In this document: piece after piece, positions 18,609-27,676 of the stretch
Layout: each line of letters opens with the position of its first letter
Position numbering within the stretch: the stretch's first letter is position 1
Assembly (NCBI GenBank): GCA_022508445.1
Contig: JAFLVG010000007.1
Coordinates: forward strand, 1,457 to 65,456
DNA: 64,000 nucleotides
Source of the DNA: Clostridiales bacterium
GTDB lineage: Bacteria > Bacillota > Clostridia > Christensenellales > Pumilibacteraceae
Direction: 5' to 3'
Program-made: the position numbers and the translations under genes
Notes under the pieces: generated by a model
Database searches by the model: none
Told to the model about the DNA's origin: nothing
What the model saw: only the letters and a program-made list of their open reading frames with translations

Positions 18609-19308
18609 TTCTGCATCAAAAGGGAACGTCGTTTCGAATATTCCCAAACACATAGGTATAATCATGGACGGCAACGGAAGGTGGGCGACCAAACGCCTGT
18701 TGCCGCGTGCCGCAGGTCATCGTGCGGGAGTTAAGAATATAACGCCCGTCGTGTCGTATTTGTTGGAGGAGGGCGTAAAATGCGTATCGCTTTACGCGTT
18801 CTCCACCGAAAACAGCGGAAGGCCGAAGGACGAGGTCGATTCACTCGTCGATCTCATTCGTAAACGCCTGAAACCGATGACGCGCGAGCTGATCGAGCGC
18901 GGAGCTAGGGTTGTGTTTTCGGGCGACCGCACTTATTTTCCGACCGATGTACAAAAGCTGATATCGGAAGTGGAAGGCGAAAACACCGATCCGTCATCGT
19001 CTGTCGTCAATATCGCGCTCAATTACAGCGGAAGATCGGAGATATTGCGCGCTTGCCGTCTTGCGGCGGAAAAAGGCGAAATTACGGCAGACAGCTTGGA
19101 GCGCGAGCTTTTTACGCATGATTTGCCCGAGCTTGACATGATAATACGCACGGGCGGAGAAAAGCGGTTAAGCAATTTTATGCTGTATCAAGCGGCATAC
19201 AGCGAGCTGTTTTTCACCGATACGCTGTGGCCGGATTTCGATAAAAAAGAGCTTAAAACAATGCTCGAAGAATATACTGCGCGGTCACGCAGATTCGGAA
19301 AACTTTGA
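18598..19308 (+). CDS. uppS: Undecaprenyl (isoprenyl) diphosphate synthase
   Basis: HIGIIMDGNGRWA, FSTENSGRP, and RTGGEKRLSNF. TTG start overlapping the frr 3' end. Confidence 0.92.
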   Translation: MKSDSASKGNVVSNIPKHIGIIMDGNGRWATKRLLPRAAGHRAGVKNITPVVSYLLEEGVKCVSLYAFSTENSGRPKDEVDSLVDLIRKRLKPMTRELIERGARVVFSGDRTYFPTDVQKLISEVEGENTDPSSSVVNIALNYSGRSEILRACRLAAEKGEITADSLERELFTHDLPELDMIIRTGGEKRLSNFMLYQAAYSELFFTDTLWPDFDKKELKTMLEEYTARSRRFGKL

Positions 19309-19380
19309 TAAAGCGCTCTTTGCGAAACGGTATAATTCCGCGCAACAATTAAATTACAGATTATTAAGGGAGGTCGGATT

Positions 19381-20310
19381 ATGGCGATGAAGAAAGACCG
19401 TGTTATTACCGGCACCTTCATATCAATAGTGTATATTGCCGTATTTTTGCTTGCAATGTACGTTCACCCGATTTTCTTCGACGTGTTCATATTTGCGCTT
19501 GCCGTGTGCGGCGTGTACGAAATGAGCAGGGCGATATCTCATGTTATGAGTCCGCCGATATTTGTTATCGGGCTTGTTCAAGTAGTGGTCGGGTTTGCCG
19601 CATTCTGGTTCGCCCAATACTATTTCAAAACCAATGCGTCGGGACTTACCGCGTATTTTGCGGTGCTTGCGGTAATGGTGATATTCACATTGATCTTCAC
19701 GGCTTGCTCAAAGGAGTACGTAAAAGGCAATGCGATGTCCACCATATTCGTTATGATGTACCCGAGCGCGATATTGATGTTCTCCGTCGGCATTAATTAC
19801 TTTATGACCGCAGAGCTCGGCATAAGCGTGCTTGCGTCGTTGCCGTACAGAAATGCCGGTATCGCATTGATGTTTTTGGTCCCTGCGTTTACAGACGTGT
19901 TCGCTTATCAAATCGGCAGTGCGATAAAGGGCAAAAAGCTTTGTCCCTCTATAAGCCCCAACAAGACCATAAGCGGCGCGATAGGCGGACTTTTGGGCGG
20001 TGTTGTCGGTGCAGGAATAGTCTTGTTCCTGACGTTCTTTGCCGTCGAATATTCCGTCAATATTTTCGGGCTTGCAATGCTCACGGATACGTGGGCGACG
20101 ACCATTGTCAATTTTATCATACTCGGTCTCTTCGGCTCGGTGTTCGATCAAGCAGGCGATCTCGTCGCATCGTATGTCAAACGCAAATCGGGAATCAAGG
20201 ACTATTCAAATCTTTTGCCCGGACACGGCGGTATTCTCGATAGAATCGACGGATTCATGTTCTGCGGCGTGCTGTACTACATGTATTTCGCGGTAATGTA
20301 CGTTTTATGA
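19381..20310 (+). CDS. cdsA: Phosphatidate cytidylyltransferase
   Basis: SD GGGAGG. Polytopic protein. C-terminal signature SYVKRKSGIKDYSNLLPGHGGILDRIDG. Confidence 0.88.
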   Translation: MAMKKDRVITGTFISIVYIAVFLLAMYVHPIFFDVFIFALAVCGVYEMSRAISHVMSPPIFVIGLVQVVVGFAAFWFAQYYFKTNASGLTAYFAVLAVMVIFTLIFTACSKEYVKGNAMSTIFVMMYPSAILMFSVGINYFMTAELGISVLASLPYRNAGIALMFLVPAFTDVFAYQIGSAIKGKKLCPSISPNKTISGAIGGLLGGVVGAGIVLFLTFFAVEYSVNIFGLAMLTDTWATTIVNFIILGLFGSVFDQAGDLVASYVKRKSGIKDYSNLLPGHGGILDRIDGFMFCGVLYYMYFAVMYVL

Positions 20311-21428
20311 AAAAAATAGCTGTTTTGGGGTGTACCGGTTCTATCGGCACACAAACGCTCGATATTGTAAGAAATAACCGTGACAAGTTCGAGGTCACCG
20401 GTCTTTCTTGCGGAACAAACGTTTCGGAACTCGCAAAACAGGCGATTGAATTAGGTTGTAAAACGCTCGGAATTGCAGACGAGAGCAAGCGTAAAAGCTT
20501 GATTGAGCTTGTACCCGACGCGCACGTTTTTTGCGGTGACGAAGCGCTTACCGCTATCATCGACGACGCCGACATAGTGGTGGTTGCCGTTGTGGGCATG
20601 ATAGGGCTTAAAGCCGTGCTTGCCGCGCTCGATAAGGGCAAAACGGTGGCGCTTGCGAACAAGGAATCGTTGGTCGCAGGCGGCGCGGTCGTGAAAGAGC
20701 GTTTAAACCGCGGCGGCAAAATTTACCCCGTAGATTCCGAACATTCTGCCGTTTGGCAATGCTTACAAGGCGAGAAAGAGTTTAAGCGCATAATACTGAC
20801 CGCAAGCGGCGGTCCGTTCTACTTCTCGCCGAAGTCGCAATTACAGTGCGTAACGCCCGAGCAAGCCATTTCGCATCCGAATTGGAAAATGGGCAAAAAG
20901 ATATCGGTGGACAGCGCGACGATGATGAACAAGGGCTTGGAGATAATTGAAGCTAGTTGGCTGTTCGATACGACGAACATCGACTATGTTATTCACCCCG
21001 AAAGCGTGGTGCATTCCATGGTCGAGTTCATCGACGGATCGATCAAGGCGCAAGCGTGTACTCCCGATATGCGCATGCCGATACAATACGCATTGACTTA
21101 TCCGAATCATGAAATCCGCGAATATAGTCCGATAAGCCTGCCGTTAGACCTTCGCTTCCTGCCGCCCGATGAGAAAAGATTTCCTGCGCCGCGCCTTGCC
21201 CAGCAAGCAATGAAAGCGGGCGGAACGGCAACAGTGGTATTGAATGCCGCGAACGAGGCCGCAGTCAGGCTGTTTTTGGATAGAAAGATTGCTTTCACCG
21301 ATATAGTCAAAATCGTAGAAAGCACATTGAACGACGAAAAGTACGAAAGTGAGCTTTCGGAAGATATTATTTTCCAAACGCATAAACGCATTTACGACCA
21401 AATATACTTGAATTATCGAGGAAAGTAG
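20307..21428 (+). CDS. dxr: 1-deoxy-D-xylulose-5-phosphate reductoisomerase
   Basis: KKIAVLGCTGSIGTQTLD, DSEHSA, and NKGLE. ATGA overlap with cdsA. Confidence 0.95.
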   Translation: MKKIAVLGCTGSIGTQTLDIVRNNRDKFEVTGLSCGTNVSELAKQAIELGCKTLGIADESKRKSLIELVPDAHVFCGDEALTAIIDDADIVVVAVVGMIGLKAVLAALDKGKTVALANKESLVAGGAVVKERLNRGGKIYPVDSEHSAVWQCLQGEKEFKRIILTASGGPFYFSPKSQLQCVTPEQAISHPNWKMGKKISVDSATMMNKGLEIIEASWLFDTTNIDYVIHPESVVHSMVEFIDGSIKAQACTPDMRMPIQYALTYPNHEIREYSPISLPLDLRFLPPDEKRFPAPRLAQQAMKAGGTATVVLNAANEAAVRLFLDRKIAFTDIVKIVESTLNDEKYESELSEDIIFQTHKRIYDQIYLNYRGK

Positions 21429-21430
21429 CA

Positions 21431-22699
21431 TTGCAATACTTCGGGTATATTCTTCTATCGCTTGTTGTCCTGCTCCTAATGGTGCTCATTCACGAGCTTG
21501 GACATTATACAACGGCGAAAATTCTCGGTTTTACTATCGAAGAGTTTTCCGTCGGTTTCGGTCCGAAAATTTTCAGCAAGCGTCGGAAAAACGGCGAGCT
21601 TTTTTCATTGCGAGTTTTGCCGCTCGGCGGATTTTGCTCATTTTTGGGCGAGGATGACGACGAACAAGACAAATCGGTTAAAGAACAGACACAAGTAAAT
21701 AGCTCCGCCGCAGATGTGAACGCAGACGAAAGCGCGACAACGAGCGGCGAAAAAACAAGCGTTGAAACGCAAGATAAATCACACGACGACGATTTGCTGT
21801 CTTATGTGATGAAGAGTAAAATCGACGAGGACAGTGCGGCGCGTGAGACCGCAAAGGCTTTGGATAAGCCGGTAAGGCTCGACAAGAACGGAAATCCGGC
21901 ATTGACTTTCAATCAGCAAAAACCGTGGAAGCGCATAATAGTACTTCTCGGCGGCGTAGTTTTTAATTTCCTGTCCGCTATAATATTTTCGCTCATTTAT
22001 ATTTGGGCGGTAGGGTGTCCTGCGCCGCAAATCGTAGAAGTCAAATCGTTTGACGGAGTTCCGTATTGCGATTTGCAAAAGGGCGATATAATTGTTGGAG
22101 TAAACGGCACGAATATCAGTGTGATGAATCCGTATAACGATTTGATGAGCGGAATCAAAGAAGGGCAGACTGTTACTTTCAAGGTGGATCGCGGCGGTAA
22201 GATAGTCACGGTCGAGGCGACAAAACAGAAGATAAACGACGTAGATAATGAAGGTAAACCTTATACCTACGTCGGTTTCGGATTTGTTTCAAGCACCGAA
22301 TTTGTCGGCGGCAATGCCGCAAATGCCTTTAAATATTGCGTTCCGTACACGTTCAAACTGTCCTGGGCGATACTCGGCTCATTCGGGCAACTCATAACCG
22401 GTAAAATGCCTATCACGTCGGTTTCCGGTCCTGTGGGATCTGTAAAACTCATGGCGGAAATCTCGATTGCCAATTGGCGCAATATTTTGATATTACTTCC
22501 GCTACTCGCGAGCAACCTTGCAATGTTCAATCTGTTGCCGTTTCCGGCGCTTGACGGCGCTCGCGTAATTTTTACGACAGTTGAGTGGATCAGGAAAAAG
22601 CCGAACAACCGCAAAGTCGAGGGAATGATAAATTTTATCGGACTTGCGGTGCTGTTGTTATTTGTTTTGATTGTTGACATTTTGTCGTTTGCGTTGTAA
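21431..22699 (+). CDS. rseP: Site-2 (M50) intramembrane zinc metalloprotease RseP/RasP
   Basis: HELGHY in TM1. A PDZ-like segment. NLLPFPALDG. TTG start after GAGGAAAG. Confidence 0.9.
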   Translation: MQYFGYILLSLVVLLLMVLIHELGHYTTAKILGFTIEEFSVGFGPKIFSKRRKNGELFSLRVLPLGGFCSFLGEDDDEQDKSVKEQTQVNSSAADVNADESATTSGEKTSVETQDKSHDDDLLSYVMKSKIDEDSAARETAKALDKPVRLDKNGNPALTFNQQKPWKRIIVLLGGVVFNFLSAIIFSLIYIWAVGCPAPQIVEVKSFDGVPYCDLQKGDIIVGVNGTNISVMNPYNDLMSGIKEGQTVTFKVDRGGKIVTVEATKQKINDVDNEGKPYTYVGFGFVSSTEFVGGNAANAFKYCVPYTFKLSWAILGSFGQLITGKMPITSVSGPVGSVKLMAEISIANWRNILILLPLLASNLAMFNLLPFPALDGARVIFTTVEWIRKKPNNRKVEGMINFIGLAVLLLFVLIVDILSFAL

Positions 22700-22702
22700 A
22701 AT
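22674..22702 (+). promoter_or_regulatory. Sigma-A-type promoter inside the rseP 3' end, reading into ispG
   Basis: TTGACA, 17-nt spacer, then TAAAAT. The hexamer ends 6 nt before the ispG GTG. Confidence 0.55.
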
Positions 22703-22708
22703 GTAACC

Positions 22709-23758
22709 GTGAACAGTAAAGCGGTCAAAATAAAAAATATGCTCATAGGCGGCGGCAACAGAATTGCCGTGCAGTCTATGACGAATACCGACACGCTCGA
22801 CGTAGAGGCTACTTACGAGCAGTTAAAGCGCCTTCAAATAGCAGGGTGCGATATTGCGCGTATCGCGGTTTCGAGCAATGAAGAAATCAAAGCGTGCAGG
22901 GCGTATGTCGGTAAGTTCGATATGCCGCTCGTTGCGGACATTCAGTTCGATTACAGACTTGCCGTACAGTGCGCGGAAATAGGATTTGATAAAATCAGAT
23001 TCAATCCCGGAAATATCGGTGACGAGAGCAAGGTCAAGACTCTGGTAGACGCGTGCAAGGCTAACGGAGTTCCTATTCGAATCGGCGTAAACACAGGCTC
23101 GTTAGAGCGCGAGTTTAAGGCCTTACATAAAAGCGACGCGCTTGTCGAGAGCGCATTAAAGCATGTGCGAATGCTTGAACGGTTCGGGTTTTACGATATC
23201 GTTATTTCCGTCAAATCGTCCGACGTAAAGACCACGGTCGAAGCTTATAGAAAGCTTCATGACCGCACCGACTATCCGTTGCATTTGGGCGTTACGGAGA
23301 GCGGCGCGGACGAGCGCGGTGTTGTGCGGTCGGCAATAGGCATAGGTGCGCTTTTGATCGACGGCATAGGCGACACTTTGCGCGTGTCGCTGTCGGGCGA
23401 TCCAGTTAAGGAAGTCGAAGCCGCAAAGCTTATATTGCAAGAATCGGGTATCGATAAGAATTATTGCGAGATAATTTCGTGTCCGACATGCTCACGGTGC
23501 AAGTACGATTTGAAATCGGTAGTCGACGAACTTAAAGCCGCGACAAAGGATATAAAAACGCGCGTAAAAGTCGCGGTCATGGGCTGTGTGGTAAACGGCC
23601 CGGGCGAAGCGGAAGGCGCGGACTTCGGCGTAGCAGGCGGCGGAAACGGCAAGGCTGCGCTGTTTGTCGACGGCAATGTCGTGCAAACTATCAATACGTC
23701 CGAAATAGTCCCGACAGTATTGCGGCTGATTGACGGCAAAGTTTCGAGTGGAAATTAA
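22709..23758 (+). CDS. ispG: 4-hydroxy-3-methylbut-2-enyl diphosphate synthase
   Basis: IGGGNRIAVQSMTNT. C-terminal Fe-S ligands CPTCSRC. GTG start with an in-frame TAA 4 codons upstream. Confidence 0.93.
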   Translation: MNSKAVKIKNMLIGGGNRIAVQSMTNTDTLDVEATYEQLKRLQIAGCDIARIAVSSNEEIKACRAYVGKFDMPLVADIQFDYRLAVQCAEIGFDKIRFNPGNIGDESKVKTLVDACKANGVPIRIGVNTGSLEREFKALHKSDALVESALKHVRMLERFGFYDIVISVKSSDVKTTVEAYRKLHDRTDYPLHLGVTESGADERGVVRSAIGIGALLIDGIGDTLRVSLSGDPVKEVEAAKLILQESGIDKNYCEIISCPTCSRCKYDLKSVVDELKAATKDIKTRVKVAVMGCVVNGPGEAEGADFGVAGGGNGKAALFVDGNVVQTINTSEIVPTVLRLIDGKVSSGN

Positions 23759-23765
23759 CAGTCAG

Positions 23766-25241
23766 ATGAATAAAATTTATCAAGAAATAAATACCAGAAC
23801 AAACGGAAAGTACGACGGCTTGCGCTTCTCCGAAATAGTACTCGGCGACTGTGCGACAGTTACGGTATCTTGTAGGAAAGAAGACAGAGCGTTCGTCAAT
23901 ACAAACGCGCGAGAAATCGAGTCGCTTTTGTCGAATATTTGCGCTTTTCACATTCCTATCAAAATCAAAATTTCCGACGCGTCACCGACGCAAAATGAAT
24001 TGCGCGCCGCCGTGGTCAAATTCACCGATAAATTCAGTTATGTTTCGTCAATCATTCATACGATAGCCGTCGATACTGAAAACGGTTACCGCGTGCGTAT
24101 GAAGATGCACGACGCGATGTATGAATTTGCTAAAAACGATTATTTGCCTCGGCTCGATGAGTTTTTGAAAAACAAGTATGTCGATTCAATAGAGCTTGCG
24201 GTCGATACCGTTAAATTCTCGGAAAGCGGAACTGTGTATGCCGCGACTAGCGGAGAAAAGAAAGAGTATAGCATAAAAAATGCACAGCCGATTATCGGCG
24301 CACTAACGCCCGAGAGCGCACGGTCGATAGCGAGCATAACCGAAAATGCGTACAATCTTACGGCTTGCGGCGTCTACGCAATGCCCACGTCGTTTTCGAG
24401 TAAGGGCGGAAGACGGTACGACAGGTTTGTGCTGTACGACGGAGATGCGGTATTGCAATGCAGATTCAGTCCCGAAAGCGGAGTGAGTCTTGCCGATCCG
24501 TCACTTCTCGGCAAGACCGTTTGCGTGTTCGGCAATGCGGAGTACGACGCTATGCGCAATGAAGCGTCGCTTGCCGTGCGTGAGCTGTCGGTTTGCGATA
24601 TCGATGATATTCGCGCAGTTCAGTCTGTACCCGTACCGAAACAATACGCGATAATATCGCCCAAGCCTTACGAAGAGTATGTGCAGTCTAGCATGTTCGA
24701 CGGCGGATTTGATACTCCGCCTGCGCTTAACGGCTCGTTCGTGGTGTTCGATTTCGAAACCACCGGGCTTTCCGTGTTGCACGATAAGCCGACGGAGATA
24801 GGTGCGGTCAAGGTAGTGGACGGAAAATTGACGGAGAGCTTTTGCACGCTTATTAATCCGCGCAGACCGATACCGCAAGAGGTTGCGATAAAGACGGGTA
24901 TTACCGACGAAATGGTGAAAGGTCAGCCGCTCTTCGAAGACATCTTGCCCGACTTTTACAAGTTTTCATACGGCTGCTCGTTTGTGTGCCACAATATATC
25001 GTTCGACTTTCCGTTCTTATTAAAGGCAGGGAACAGATGCGGATATGCGTTCGGCGACAGAAGAACGTTCGATACAATGTCTATCGCTCCGATTGCGATA
25101 CCGGGCATTCAAAAGTTGTCGCTCGATCGAGTTCTCGAAGGATTGGGACTCATTAACGACAACGCGCACCGCGCTCTTTCGGATGCCGTCGCCACGGCCA
25201 AGGCGTTTGTCGCAATGCACAGGATATTGGCGAAAAAATAA
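23766..25241 (+). CDS. PolC-like N-terminal domain + OB fold + DnaQ-type 3'-5' exonuclease, lacking PHP and polymerase domains
   Basis: Exo I FVVFDFETTG, Exo II HNISFDFPFL, Exo III AHRALSDAVATAKAF. An OB-like segment lies around RFVLYDGDAVLQCRF...VCVFGNAEYD. The gene occupies the ispG-[polC]-rimP slot. The start is either ATG 23766 or TTG 23730. Confidence 0.7.
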   Translation: MNKIYQEINTRTNGKYDGLRFSEIVLGDCATVTVSCRKEDRAFVNTNAREIESLLSNICAFHIPIKIKISDASPTQNELRAAVVKFTDKFSYVSSIIHTIAVDTENGYRVRMKMHDAMYEFAKNDYLPRLDEFLKNKYVDSIELAVDTVKFSESGTVYAATSGEKKEYSIKNAQPIIGALTPESARSIASITENAYNLTACGVYAMPTSFSSKGGRRYDRFVLYDGDAVLQCRFSPESGVSLADPSLLGKTVCVFGNAEYDAMRNEASLAVRELSVCDIDDIRAVQSVPVPKQYAIISPKPYEEYVQSSMFDGGFDTPPALNGSFVVFDFETTGLSVLHDKPTEIGAVKVVDGKLTESFCTLINPRRPIPQEVAIKTGITDEMVKGQPLFEDILPDFYKFSYGCSFVCHNISFDFPFLLKAGNRCGYAFGDRRTFDTMSIAPIAIPGIQKLSLDRVLEGLGLINDNAHRALSDAVATAKAFVAMHRILAKK

Positions 25242-25285
25242 TAAAAAGTTTTTTGATTGTTTTAATATAAATTTTGTAAAAATGC

Positions 25286-25314
25286 TTGCAATTGCGCAAC
25301 AAAAATGATATATT
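25286..25314 (+). promoter_or_regulatory. Sigma-A-type promoter for the rimP-nusA-infB operon
   Basis: TTGCAA, 17-nt spacer with TGa, then TATATT. An AT-rich UP-like tract lies upstream. Confidence 0.65.
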
Positions 25315-25338
25315 ATTTAAGGTACTATAAGGTTTAGC

Positions 25339-25887
25339 ATGAGAGTGGGTTTTGCCCGCTCTCAATTGCTGTTAGGGCGTTGTTATGGTAGAACCCATCG
25401 CACGTCCGAGGAGGACAGTATAAACAGCGTTATCGAAAAGGCAAAGCCCGTAATAGAAGAGGTGCTGACCGCGCTCGGATACGAGCTTGTGGATATCGAG
25501 TACAAAACGATGTACGGCGATAAACACTTAATCGTGTATATCGCGAACGAGAAAGGAGTCAGCCTTGACGACTGCGAAGCGGTATCAAACGCGCTCGACG
25601 CGCCGCTCGACGCGCTGGATCCCACAAACTCCGCGCCGTACTGTTTGGATGTATCGTCGCCTGGCCTCGACAGGCCGTTCAAAACTCAACGCGACTTCGA
25701 GCGAAATTACGGCAAAAAAGCAGAGGTTAAACTGTTCGCTCCCATTGATTCTACCAAGAAAAAGCTTTTTGTAGGTACGCTGATTAGCCGTACCGAATCC
25801 GAACTCACGATTGAGGATGAAAGCGGCTCTACCGTCACCATAGAAAACGGCAAGATTGCGCTCGTTCGTCCGTATATCGAATTCTAA
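25339..25887 (+). CDS. rimP: Ribosome maturation factor RimP (start codon uncertain)
   Basis: LGYELVDIEY and VSSPGLDRP. Upstream of nusA. The homologous region begins near nt 25420, where an in-frame ATA sits 5 nt after GAGGAGG. ATG 25339 is the upper bound. Confidence 0.85.
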   Translation: MRVGFARSQLLLGRCYGRTHRTSEEDSINSVIEKAKPVIEEVLTALGYELVDIEYKTMYGDKHLIVYIANEKGVSLDDCEAVSNALDAPLDALDPTNSAPYCLDVSSPGLDRPFKTQRDFERNYGKKAEVKLFAPIDSTKKKLFVGTLISRTESELTIEDESGSTVTIENGKIALVRPYIEF

Positions 25888-25927
25888 ATCAAATTAAGAA
25901 AAAACATAAATTTTCGGGAGAAGAAAA

Positions 25928-27076
25928 ATGGCTAAAAAAAGTTCGACGCTTACGCTCCAATCTGATTTTTACGATGCATTGAGCGACCTCGAAACCGAAC
26001 GCGGGATTAAAAAGGAAGTTTTTATCGACGCGTTGCAAGACGCTTTGACCAGCGCGTACAAAAAGCAGTACGGCGTGCCGAAAGCGATCAAGATCATCAT
26101 GACGCCCGAGCTTAAAACGTTCAGCATCCACACTTGTCAAAAGGTTGTCGAGCAGGTTGTTGACCGCGAAACCGAAATCAGCCTTGAAGACGCTCGGCTC
26201 ATCGACAAAAAGTACAAGGTCGGCGATGACATTTTGGGGCCTGTCGATGCCGCAGAATTCGGGCGTATCGTCGCTCAAATGGCAAAGCAGATAGTCACGC
26301 AAAAGCTTCGTGCCGTGGAAAGCGAAAACGCATACAGCGAGCTTGCAGAAAAAGAAGAGCAGCTCGTCACATGTATCGTTCACAGAATCGACGGCAAGAA
26401 CGTGTGCGTGGACATCCAGAAAATGGAGGCCGTGCTTTATCCGAAAGATCAATTACCCGGCGATAAATTCAAGGTCGGCGACAAGATCAAAGTTTATGTT
26501 CGCGGTATTAAAACAACGTCGCGCGGTCCGCAGGTTCTCGTAACGCGCACAGCGCCCGGCTTTGTGCGTAGACTGTTCGAGATAGAAGTACCTGAGATCG
26601 CAAACGGCGTAGTCGCAATCAAGGGCATAGTCCGCGAGGCAGGATTACGCACGAAAATGGCTGTGTACGCAACCGATTCGGGCGTTGACGCGGTCGGCGC
26701 TTGCGTAGGTAACCGCGGCGCGCGTGTGAACAGCATTATTTCAGAAATCGGCGGTGAAAAAATCGATATCATTCCTTGGCATGAAGATCCGCTCGAATAT
26801 ATAGCGCGTGCGCTTCTTCCGGCAAAGGTTGTAATGGTCGAAGCGAAAGAGGATGAGCGCGTTGCGAAAGTGGTTGTCATGGACGATCAATTGAGCCTTG
26901 CTATCGGAAGAGAAGGCGTAAATGCAAGGCTCGCCGCAAAGCTCACCGGCTGGAAGATAGATATCAAGCCGTACTCGACAATGGAGCAAGAGGTCAAGGC
27001 CGCGACCGAACGCGCCGAACAAATGGGCAGCGATAATTTCGATGTATTCGACGAGGATCTCGGAGAGCTCGACTAA
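25928..27076 (+). CDS. nusA: Transcription termination/antitermination factor NusA
   Basis: S1 and tandem KH domains. GACVGNRGARV and IGREGVNARLA. Confidence 0.96.
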   Translation: MAKKSSTLTLQSDFYDALSDLETERGIKKEVFIDALQDALTSAYKKQYGVPKAIKIIMTPELKTFSIHTCQKVVEQVVDRETEISLEDARLIDKKYKVGDDILGPVDAAEFGRIVAQMAKQIVTQKLRAVESENAYSELAEKEEQLVTCIVHRIDGKNVCVDIQKMEAVLYPKDQLPGDKFKVGDKIKVYVRGIKTTSRGPQVLVTRTAPGFVRRLFEIEVPEIANGVVAIKGIVREAGLRTKMAVYATDSGVDAVGACVGNRGARVNSIISEIGGEKIDIIPWHEDPLEYIARALLPAKVVMVEAKEDERVAKVVVMDDQLSLAIGREGVNARLAAKLTGWKIDIKPYSTMEQEVKAATERAEQMGSDNFDVFDEDLGELD

Positions 27077-27349
27077 ATGAAGCACATTCCCATGCGGTCG
27101 TGCATCGTTTGTCGACAGCAAAAAGACAAGACCGAACTGTTGCGCATAGTAAAAAAGCCGAGCGGCGAAATCGTTTTGGACGAAACGGGGCGCGAATCGG
27201 GAAGAGGCGCATACGTCTGCAAGAGCGGCGAATGCATGACAAATGCAATAAAAAAGCGCGCGTTTAACCGGGTTTATAAGCAACAGCTTCCCGATGCGGT
27301 GTACGAAAAGCTTGAAATGGCATACGGAAATATCGATGCTTCAAATTGA
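27077..27349 (+). CDS. ylxR: YlxR/RnpM (DUF448) RNA-binding protein
   Basis: PMRSCIVCRQQKDKTELLRIV and GRGAYVC. nusA-ylxR-ylxQ-infB synteny. Confidence 0.85.
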   Translation: MKHIPMRSCIVCRQQKDKTELLRIVKKPSGEIVLDETGRESGRGAYVCKSGECMTNAIKKRAFNRVYKQQLPDAVYEKLEMAYGNIDASN

Positions 27350-27662
27350 GAAAACAGACAAATTTTTAACAATGATAGGCTTTGCAAAACGTGCCGGTAA
27401 AATAATCTACGGGTATGATACGTTACGCAAGTCAAAAAGCGTAAGACTGCTCGCAGTTAGCGACACGGCTTCGCAAAATCTATTGTCAGATATGATGTGC
27501 CTTGCAGTCAATCAAGGCTTGCCGATTGTGACAGCGCCCAAGCTTGAAGAGGCAATCGGAAACAACGTAAAGGCTCTCGGAATAACCGATGAAAACATGG
27601 CTCGTGCTGTGGTTGACTACGTCACACGCGGAGCAACGAAGTATAAAATCAAGTTAGGGTAA
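27336..27662 (+). CDS. ylxQ: L7Ae-family RNA-binding protein YlxQ
   Basis: LTMIGFAKRAGKIIYG plus synteny. Internal ATG chosen. The track start at 27294 overlaps most of the ylxR 3' end. Confidence 0.8.
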   Translation: MLQIEKTDKFLTMIGFAKRAGKIIYGYDTLRKSKSVRLLAVSDTASQNLLSDMMCLAVNQGLPIVTAPKLEEAIGNNVKALGITDENMARAVVDYVTRGATKYKIKLG

Positions 27663-27676
27663 CGGAGGTAATATTT

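Noticed and set aside
21640-21910. Acidic, low-complexity insert of about 90 aa in RseP between the HExxH helix and the next TM.
   Set aside because: Bacillus RasP also has a long variable segment at this position. Variable linkers of this kind are common, and nothing indicates a separate domain or mobile insertion.
23730-23765. Possible leaderless-type promoter for the PolC-like gene (TTGACG-17-AATTAA-7-ATG).
   Set aside because: The -10 matches TATAAT at only 3 of 6 positions, and the spacing is 7 nt. The TTG at 23730 is an alternative start. This is too weak to count with the other seven cases.
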